Shown here piece after piece: positions 54,672-64,000 of a stretch of DNA of 64,000 bases; the stretch's first letter is position 1; every line of letters begins with the position of its first letter. This DNA comes from Carcharhinus longimanus (taxonomy: Eukaryota). The notes below the pieces were generated by a model. That model was not told the origin of the DNA and made no database searches. It saw nothing but the letters and a program-made list of their open reading frames with translations. Position numbers and translations under genes: made by a program. The stretch is taken from positions 10,781,102 through 10,845,101 of the forward strand of contig JASCQW010000168.1 in NCBI GenBank assembly GCA_030264375.1. Reading direction: 5' to 3'.

Positions 54672-55128
54672 AAGAAGTCTCACAACACCAAGTTAAAGTC
54701 CACCATGTTTATCTGGAATCAAGCGCTTTCAGAGTGCTGCTCCTTCATCAGGTGAGTGGAGAGTTGGGTTCACAAACAAGACATATTTTGACAGAGACTC
54801 AATTGCAAGATAATGGTTGGAATGCGAGTCTTCACAGGTAATCAAGTCTGCACAGGCACAGACAATGCAAGTGGAGAGAGGCTCAAAACAATTCACACCT
54901 CTTTAACCTGTGATTAAAACTCTCTCCACTCACATTGTCCGTACCTATGAAGACTTGTTTACCTGTAAAAATTCGTACTCCAACCATCATCGTGCAATTG
55001 AGTCTTTGTCTATATATGCCCTGTTTGTGAACGCAACTCTCCACTCACCTGAAGGAGCGGCGCTCCAAAAACTCGTGATTCCAAATAAATCTTGGCCTTT
55101 AACCTGGTGTTGTGAGACTTCTTACTGT
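54672..55128. mobile_element. Non-autonomous Penelope-type element with inverted ends
   Basis: aagaagtctcacaacaccaagttaaag... / ...ctttaacctggtgttgtgagacttctt. A degenerate hammerhead core lies at 54720-54754 (minus strand). Confidence 0.8.
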
Positions 55129-56058
55129 ACTTAATTAATACAAATGTGTTGATTGGTGAGACATGGCAACATTGTCCCCCTATCCCCTTCTACAAGGCAT
55201 TACTTTATGCTACCATGATAATTATAATACAGGAAAATGGAGGAAAGAGGAAAGGTTGGAAAAGGGAGCATGAAAGGAGAGATGGGTTGGGTGAGGGATG
55301 AGGAGGAAGAGAAGAGGGGAGAGAAAGGAGGCAGGATGGAGGATGGTATGAAGAACGAGGGAGAGGGGAACATGGAAATTGAGTCTAGAGTGGACTGTGC
55401 TTTCCTGTATTATACATCTACTGTTCACAGCCTACTGTTGTGGAATAGCAATACATGTGAAGATAGTAATAGTAACTTCTCCAGAACTTGTTATAGTGTA
55501 GTCTAATTGCACAATTGATTTTTTTTGGCAGTTCGTAGATTACTATGCAGTTTTAATATTGTTACAAGTTTGTAATTCTTCCCTGCACATCAATTGGATT
55601 TGGTCACATTTTTCTAAACTTTATCCGGATATATTAACATCCAATATTCGCCTTGCCTTTTCTGTAACCTGAAATATTGTGCCCAGTGAAGCTAGACAAA
55701 GAAATAACTCAGGAAGCTATTACTGCTGACATGGAACGGATGAGTTTCCTGACAAGAAAATATTGTTTGAACTATTTTTGTGCGTGCATGTACACTCCCC
55801 TGTTTAGAAATGCCAGAAGTCATGGAAAATTAAATTTGCAGCAACAAACAGCTCAGTAAGTGGCACTTTTGATCTTTATGACATGGCATAACAATATTAT
55901 AACAGATGAGTCTTATCTTGAGGCTGACAACTGAATTTACAACCTACCAGTGAAATCACCCACCAGTACTCAACCAAGTTGCTTGGTAAAACATAATTAA
56001 AATGGAAAAAAATGAAGTAAGTTTTTTTTGGGAGGGGCAGGCCAACTTTCCAACGTTA

Positions 56059-56882
56059 CAATATCCCTTCAAAATCACCTTATGAAATGGCATGGTCAGA
56101 ATATTCTTCAGGGCCTACTTTTTCTTTAGGGAGCTATGAAAGACTGTGCACTGCTGTGGTATCAGCAATGAAGTAAACTATTTTTGTAAGACTTCTTTTG
56201 AAGCAAAAGATGGGAAAGCTCATCAACTAATGCATGGTAGACTTTTCAAAATAGTTTCAGAAGGCTAAAGAAAGAATCCTTGGTGGTCACTGAAGAATAT
56301 AAGGTGGAAATTCGGCTCATTTAGTAAATTTGTTTCAGATAGAGGCAAGTATAAAAACGTCTAATTACATTTTTTCAAAGACTAGATGCGCAACAAAGCT
56401 ATCAACTGAGCCACAAAGGTGGTCCTAAATTACTGCTTTGGTATTGAATGAATCAAATAATGCTCACTTTTTCACTAATCCCCAGCAGCATAACTACCTT
56501 GTCAAAAAGACAATGGCAGAATCCCTATTTTCTGACTACACGTCAAACAACAAAGATCTTCTTCCACAAGTCGAATACAGTTTCCAGAAAAATACACCAA
56601 TCTTTATCACACTAACAGCTAGGATGGAAGCCCTTCCAAATTCCAAAATGTTAAGTATCAAATTACTTTTCTGATATGTGGACACATAGATATATTCTGT
56701 GGAAGCTGAGGCCAGAATAATTAGCTTTCCCATTTCTTGCTCCAAAGGAAGTCTTACAAAAATAGTTTCCTTCATTGCTGATTCCAAAGCAGTGTAGTCT
56801 TTTATAGCTCGCTAAAGAAAAGGTAGGCCTTGAAGAACATTCTGATCATGCCATTTCATAAGCTGATTTCGAAGGGATATTG
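56059..56882. repeat. Long inverted repeat: arms 56059-56220 and 56723-56882, spacer ~500 bp
   Basis: Manual alignment gives about 16 substitutions and one 2-bp indel over ~160 bp. Confidence 0.95.
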
Positions 56883-59229
56883 CAGTAACCTGATTACCAG
56901 CCTTCCAGATACATATTTCCCCAGTTCAAGAATGAATGGTTCTGGAGAGATCAGCAAGATCTCTGCTCCCTGCATCTCAACTTGCACTCGTTTTCGTATG
57001 TAGGCACGATTTTAAGCTGAACAATTTCATAGTCTTTATTCTCCCTGAAACGATACAGAATTCACACGGTTGTGCTCAGTGTCGGAAGAAAGTAATTTGC
57101 TCCATTTCATACTAAATTTAAACTCAAACTATGTTTAATATACAAAATAAGTACAAACAGTTCAGAAAATGAACCATTTTCTCATGTGAAGAGGTTAGAA
57201 ATGCAGATGGAGATCCTCTGGGAATTTTCTTTCTGACTGCTACGATCTTAGCTGAAATCCTGGATAAAAGGTGCTTACCTGCTCATCAATTCAAAAGGTT
57301 GCTCAATCCAAATCATTAGTTTAATCCACGAACATCTTTGAATCAATGCTGGTTTTTAAATAAAGCAATATGTATTCTTCATCTGGTATTTTATCTGGAC
57401 ATTTCAGAAAACGTAACCTTGGACGACTGGATTTATGTTTCCGTTTCTTGTGCCTTTTTCTAACTTCTTGCTAATATGTCATGGAAAATTCACATATTAA
57501 GCTTTTGCAATGCTCAAAGACACCCTATTTTGGAGTTGAAAATAGAAATGTTGAATCAAAATATTTCCTCGAAAACTTATCAACCTAACCCACCCAGGCT
57601 GGGATATATTAAATGAGCAGAGATGCAGAATGTTAAAATCCATTTTCCTACACTAATAGTCAGTTAAGCTTTTAAATTCATGAGTTATTGCCCTATTCTG
57701 GAGCAAGTCACATGGTGTCATACACATTGATGTTTTGATTCTGGCTACAGGAACACTATGAAATATTTCACTCACTTCTCTAATATTTTATGAAACTATT
57801 TCTCCCAGTGCTAAACATAGAAATGATCCATCGTTGTTTCAGAAGACTCATTGCTAGCTTTTATGGGAAATTTGTATTCTTATCATTTGTTATAAAACAG
57901 ACGTGGAAAGACAAATTTGTCAACTAAAGACAAATACAGCAATCATGACGTGGTTAAAATCCATTACCTAGACACTATTTCATTTACTGCACAAACTAAT
58001 TTGACCTTTATTGAATTAGAAATAGTGTTAAACATGTCAAGCAGATATGTTAATCAAATTAACTCAAGTCAATTACTGTGATCTTAAAAATTATTTGAAA
58101 AATGTGTAAAATCCAGTTTTATTTTTCACTTTATACAATTCTACATAATACAATGTCAATTGCTTAAGTTTAGATAGGAGAGGTCATCTACAAACTGAAT
58201 TACCATCTACAAACTAAGATAAAGGCTGAAGAAAAATCCAAATTATATTATTTTAATTCATCTTCACATGATCTCGTTCCATATCACAAAAAAGCAACTT
58301 ATCTTGTTGATACCTTCCACTAATGTACAACTACACCAGCTTATCCAGTTGCCATTCAAAGAAGGGATGTAAACAATTGTGCAAAGGTGCACATCCAGTT
58401 TTGCAGTTAAATTCAATCACCAGCATTGAGAAAAAGATGGATCGCAGTTGATCAACAAGATAACCCAAAGAACTACTACAATTCAGCCAATTTGGAATGA
58501 GCACCAATATTAGAAAATCTGTCAATATAACTAATAACCATAAGAAGTTTACTAACTGTACCATTCTAAACCGGCCAAAGGTGACCCAGTCCAAACAAAT
58601 ACATCACATGCAAGTCAGCAGAAATTATATGCCACAGCTAAACTGTTTTCAACAGCAAACTATGGTCCACGTGAGTTATGTTCTTTTTCAGGCATGTGTG
58701 AATTAGTACAAGGGTGAACAAGAATCTTAAAGGCTAAAATATAATTCAAGAAATCTCTTGAACAGAAACTTCAACAGCAAAAAAGCTGCACTTTCTTTCA
58801 AGTTATACAAGGGAACAGTCAATAACCAAGACCCACCAAAGAATTTATACAAAGACATAAGATTTTGCAGTCACAATTCAACCTTAATTCATTGGATAAC
58901 ATACTGGGGTTCCTAACTACATCTATAGATGACCTTACACACCACATCTCTTTCTGAACTGGATTGAATTTTTTGTAAGTCTAGGCTGTCATTCATACAG
59001 ACTTCCAGTAGGCATCTGATAAAGCCCCTCATAGGAAACTGTTAGCTAAAGTTGAAGTTAGTCGAATTAAGAAAAGTGGTTGACCTGGTTAGGAACTTCG
59101 CAGCGTGGCAGGAGACAACAGTAGGGCTAATATACAGGACGCGACTAATGGTATCTCAAGTTAGGGCTCCATCATATTTATAAATGACTTAGATGATGGG
59201 ATAGAAAGCCACATATGCACGTTTACAAG

Positions 59230-60556
59230 ATGAGGGCATCACTGGCTAGGCTAGCATTTACTGTCCTTCTCTAATTGCCCTTGACAAAGGTGTGAGCTGC
59301 CTTCTTGAACTGCAGTAGTCCCGAATGTGTAAGTACACCCACAGTGCTGTTAGTGTGGATTTTGACTCAGCAGCAGTGAAGAAACAGCAATATATTTCCA
59401 AGCCAAGTGGTGGTGTTCCCAGGTATCCGCTGCTTTTGTCCTTTGAGATGGTAGCGATCATGGGTTTGGAAGGTGCTGCTTAAGAAACCTTGGTGAATTA
59501 CTGCAGTGCATCTTATAGATAGAACACACAGCTGGCACTGTTCACCAGTGGTGGAGGGAGTGAGTGTTTGTAGATGTGGTCCCAATCAAGCGTGGCTGCT
59601 TTGTCATGGATGGTGTTAAGCTTCTTGAGTGTTGTTGGAGCTGCACCCATCCAGAAAAATGGAGAGTATTCCATTACAGCTTGACTTGGGTGCTATTCTG
59701 ATTGGCGATTGGTGACTAGTGGAGTGCCCCAGGGATCGGTGCTGGGGCCTCAGCTATTTACCATTTATATAGATGATCTGGAGGANNNNNNNNNNNNNNN
59801 NNNNNNNNNNNNNNNNNNNNNNNNNNNNNNNNNNNNNNNNNNNNNNNNNNNNNNNNNNNNNNNNNNNNNNNNNNNNNNNNNNNNNGCACACTCAGTGCTT
59901 CTCCAAGTGGTGTTCAATATGGAGAAGTGCTGACTCATCAGCTTGGGGGAGAAAAGATGGGGTAACAGTCAGAAGTTTCCTTGCTCATGTCTGACGATGC
60001 TTTTAGACTTCATGGGATCCAGTGTTGACGCTGAGAACTCCCCGGGAAACTCCTTCCCAACTATATATTAAATGTTGCCATCTCTGCTCAGTTGGTCCAC
60101 CAGTGGGACAGGGCGTTATCTGTAAGATATGACTGTCAGACTACTGTTTGACCAGTTTCCAAGACAACTCTCCCATTTTTGGTGCAAGCCCCCAGAAGTT
60201 AGCAAGGAAGACATTGTCATGTTGACAGGAATGGGTTAGCTATTGCTGTTTCCGATGCCTGTGGTCCAGTTTCTTTGCTTTTTATTGACTTTGTAACGGT
60301 TTGATACAACTTAAGTTGCTAAGGGTCTGGAGCCACATAGTGGCCACACTATGTAAGGACAACAGATTTCCTTCCCAAAAAGGACATTAGTGAACCAGAT
60401 GCGTTTTTACAGCAAACAACAATGGTTTCATCACCATTTTTATTGAATTCAAATTTCACCATCTGCCATGATGAGATATGAACCCAGGTCTCTAGACTTG
60501 CTCTGGGTCTCTGGATTATTCGTCTCGTGACAATACCATCGTGCCACTGCCTCCCC
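59230..60556 (-). mobile_element. tRNA-headed LINE remnant: Pol III-type head, APE endonuclease N-terminus, C-terminus and tail
   Basis: Head with A/B-box-like motifs at 60556-60470. Then FLANFWGLAPKMGELSWKLVKQ...SYLTDN...ADESALLHIEHHL across frameshifts. The C-terminal part (59690-59230) gives MEYSPFFWMGAAPTTLKKLNTIHDKAA and the shared tail. Confidence 0.7.
59695..59785 (+). mobile_element. Young CR1 RT fragment beside a gap
   Basis: [24 protein letters not shown]. Confidence 0.85.
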
Positions 60557-62065
60557 ATCTAACAGGGTACTTTCTAAAGGGTGAAAAGCTAGAGAATGTG
60601 GAGGTTCAGAGAGATTTTGGAGGTCTGGATGTACACATCATTAAAATGTCACAAACAGGTGTAGAAAATAACCAAAAAGTTGAATGGAATGGGGGCCTTT
60701 ATAATTAAAGGATTAGATAAAAAGGAGGCAGAAGTCATATGTAAACAATATAAAGCCCAAAGCCTGTTTAAAGCAACACATTATCGGAAGAACATACTGG
60801 CCTTGAAGGGAACGTGGTGTAGATTTATCAAACTGACGCCTGGAGTCCAAGGATTGAATTATGAAGAGAGATTACACAAACCCGGGCAGTGTTCTTTGGA
60901 AGTTAGGAGATTATGGGACTACTGGACCAAAGATTTTAAAGTATTCATAGGAACAGATAAGGTAGACAGAGAAAAACTATTTATGCTGGTTGGGATTCAG
61001 TGGTGTAATCTAAAAATTAGAACCAAATCTATCAGGAGCGCAATTAGGAAACAACTTGAAACTCTTTCATAAAAAGCACTGATGCCAGATTAATGCTAAT
61101 TATAAATCTGAGATGGATGGACTTTTGTTAATAAAATGTATTAGAGGATATGGAGCAAGGTGGCTATGTAGAGCTAGGCGACAGATCATCCATGATCATA
61201 TTGAACGGAAGAACGGACTTGAGAGGCTAAATAGTCTCCTCCTGTTCCCATGGTCCTTGGTTCCTGTAAACTCAAACATCAAAACATCATATTTGTGATA
61301 ATAAAGTAATTACTAGTATTTTAAATATTTCCTGATAAATAATCTTTCTGGTATTACTACAAGCAAGCCAGAAAAACCTTATTTTCTGTAGGCTTAATCA
61401 AGTCATCCCTTAACTGCTCTCTATAATGAATCAGATGATTTGTTATCCAGCATACATGTCAGTCATAATATTAAATGAAAAATAAATTATCAATGCTGAA
61501 TATTAAGTATAGAGGAGAAAGATTATAAAGAAATAGAAGTTCTAGATCAAAAAGAAAGACTGCAGCTTCTCTTGTTTTCTTCCACTGTCCTGAGGGTTTG
61601 CACCATACAATAAGGATCACATTTTCAGCCAATCATGACAATTAATCAGACCCAAACAAAAGATGAGGAAAAAGCCTTGTGATGGAAAGCTGTGGGAGTC
61701 ATTATTCTGAAAAAGATTGAAACTAAAATGGTGGCAAGCAAAGTCAGCATTATGGCATTTAAAATTTGAGAGATACTTACAAATCAATATTATTAGTAAA
61801 TATTACCCGAGTCGAACTCTAAAAGGAAGAGAGGAGGATACTTTCCTTCAAGTGTCATGCAAAAGTGAAGTAAGCCGAGGGCAAATAATGAGGTCAAATG
61901 TTAAACAAAATAAAAAACAAAAAAATGACTACTGCATTTATGCAAGTTAAAATGTAGCTTTGATTGGCTGGGATGCCTAACAGCCGACAACGCAGGCTGG
62001 TAGTGATCACCGCGTTAACAGGATATGACTGCTCAATCTGCAGTGCTTTTCAGCATCACACCATT

Positions 62066-62079
62066 GCTGCCCTCTGGTG
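62066..62079 (-). promoter_or_regulatory. Candidate CTCF site
   Basis: Minus strand CACCAGAGGGCAGC closely matches the CTCF core consensus. Motif evidence only. Confidence 0.35.
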
Positions 62080-63179
62080 TAGAAATCTCCGAAGGCTTTC
62101 AATGCCAAAATATGATTTAACAATTACTCCCTGGTTCATGTGCACATTTCATTGTTATTATGATAGTAACTGTACAAACCCAGGAAATGCAGTGAGGATT
62201 ACTTTTAAAGAGCAACATTTATTGTTTTGCTAAATAATCTAATTNNNNNNNNNNTCTGTACAAAAATAAATCATAGCTAAAGTCATTTCTTTCATCATCT
62301 GCTTCATACAATGATTTGACTGGACAGTGAGAAGACTGCTCAAAGCTTACGTTTCTGCCACACCTCTAATTTGACCCACTGAATTGCTGCTGGGTCATTT
62401 AAAACCTCCAGCTTACAGCAGTGGCAATGCTAGAAACATGATGCAATAATATACTCTTTGGCGATATCCGCAGTTTCCATAACACTCCTGTGGGTGTTAA
62501 CCACAATCCAGAACATTCTGACAGAATCATTTTATCCCATGGGTATTTTGCTGTGAGAATTAGGTTTCTGTGTCTTGTGCATTAGTGATAATGATCAAAA
62601 AAGCTGACTGTGTCATGTTTAATTATTAACAGTAAAGGAACAATTTATTAATCATTCAAGCAGCTGCAAGATTTAATTGTTGTTTTACATTGCTTTTATG
62701 GTTAATCTACTGCAGAGAGAACATAGCCTGCTTTGCACTGACACTTGGATTTATTTTCTAAACCATCTGTGGCTTAAAAACTCAAAAATCTTTAAAGCAG
62801 GTGACTTTTCACGTGTTACAAACTATCAATGAATCATTCACATATAAATGACAAGTTGTCAAAAATAATTCAACAGCAGATCAATGTAATTCACGCAGCA
62901 AATAAGAATAAACAAGATGGCAATTAAGTGTTACTTTTCCTCAAATTTCTAAAGCTGCAATTTTCACAGGGCTGAAAGAGAAACTTGGGGGTGCTCTTGC
63001 ACAAAGCTGTTATAAAGCATTTGAGGGCCTGGGCTTTATAAACACACACAATGAGAACAAAAGCCAGGAAGATTTGTTAAACCAAATCGTGACTTAAAAA
63101 TAATTTCTAAATGCAGAGTATCACACCCAAGAGCAGGTTAACATCATTGTGTACCAAATTCGGTCCAAGTTTTCAGGTA

Positions 63180-64000
63180 GGGTGATGTGTGATTGACAGT
63201 AAGAAGGACAGTTGTAAACTGAAGGAGAATATCAATGGACTGTTCAAGTGTCAGAAATGTGGCAAATGGAATTTAACCCGGTGAAATGAAAGGTGATGCA
63301 TTTGAGGAGGTCAAACAACACAAACGATTACACAATTAATGGGAGAATTTGGAGAGGTAGAGATCTTGGAGTGAATGTCCACAGTTCCCTGAAGGTAGCA
63401 GGATCAGAAGTACAAAAGGGACTAGGCAGTCCTGGTTGAGGATTCTCCGTAAGTTAACTTGCAGGTTGAGTTGGTAGTTAGGAAGGCAAATTCAATGTTA
63501 GCATTAATTTTGAGGAGACTGGAATACAAAAGCAGGGGTGTACTGCTAAGGCTTTAAAAGGCTCTGGTCACACCACATTTTAAATCTTGTGGGCAAATTT
63601 GGGCTCTGTACCTAAGGAAGGGTGTGCTGGCCTTGGAGAGGGTCAAGACAAGGTTCATGAGAATGATCCCAGGAATTAAAAGCTTGACATCTGAGGAGTG
63701 CTTGAGGACTCTGGGTCTGTAATGGGGCAGGGAGGGGGGGCTTCACTGAAACTTACAGAAAGGCCTGGATAGAGTGGACATGGGGAGATGCTTCCATTAG
63801 TAGGTAAGACTAGAATCTGAGCGCACAGCCTGAAATTAAAGGGACCACTCCTTAGAAGAGGAATTTCTTCAGCCAGAGAATGGTGAATCTATGGAATTCA
63901 TTGCCAGAGAAGGCCGTGGAGGCCAGGTTATTTAGTATATTTAAGATAGAGATAGGCAGATTCTTGATTGGTAAGGGAATCAAAGGTTATAGGGAAAAGG
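63180..64000 (+). mobile_element. CR1 ORF2 3' fragments (two pieces), running off the window end
   Basis: tggcaaatggaatttaacccgg, aggaaggcaaattcaatgttagc, aggttcatgagaatgatcccagg, aatttcttcagccagagaatggtgaatctatggaattc. Confidence 0.85.

Larger units (their letters stand above)
58960..61250 (+). mobile_element. Old CR1 LINE (58960-59228 and 60560-61250) split by nested insertions
   Basis: gacttccagtaggcatctgataaag, atatttataaatgacttagatga; ORF 60680-61072 gives GLNYEERLHK; CR1 tail at ~61185-61250. Confidence 0.75.

Noticed and set aside
55230-55375. Purine-rich ORF (MEERGKVGKG...)
   Set aside because: Low-complexity GA-rich tract; the ORF is a compositional artefact.

Overview
Eukaryotic genomic DNA, AT-rich with about 13 assembly gaps. 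The repeat content (HE1-type SINEs, abundant CR1 LINEs, DeuSINE-like and Penelope-type elements) points to a cartilaginous fish (shark). The only host gene I can support is adenosine kinase (ADK) on the minus strand: three internal coding exons (48495-48573, 27866-28038, 23592-23700) with canonical AG/GT boundaries and compatible phases. The rest of the window reads as ADK intron filled with decayed retroelements. The most interesting observations are: (1) a ~320-bp poly(A)-tailed retroposon with a U2-snRNA head, a second U2-like segment containing an octamer motif, and a hairpin-rich body; (2) a LINE remnant whose 5' end is a tRNA-like Pol III head, with short head+tail derivatives elsewhere in the window; (3) Penelope-type elements carrying minimal hammerhead-ribozyme cores on the ADK sense strand; (4) two long local inverted duplications able to fold into dsRNA in the ADK pre-mRNA. 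All repeat-family names come from motif recognition by eye, not from database searches, and repeat boundaries are approximate.
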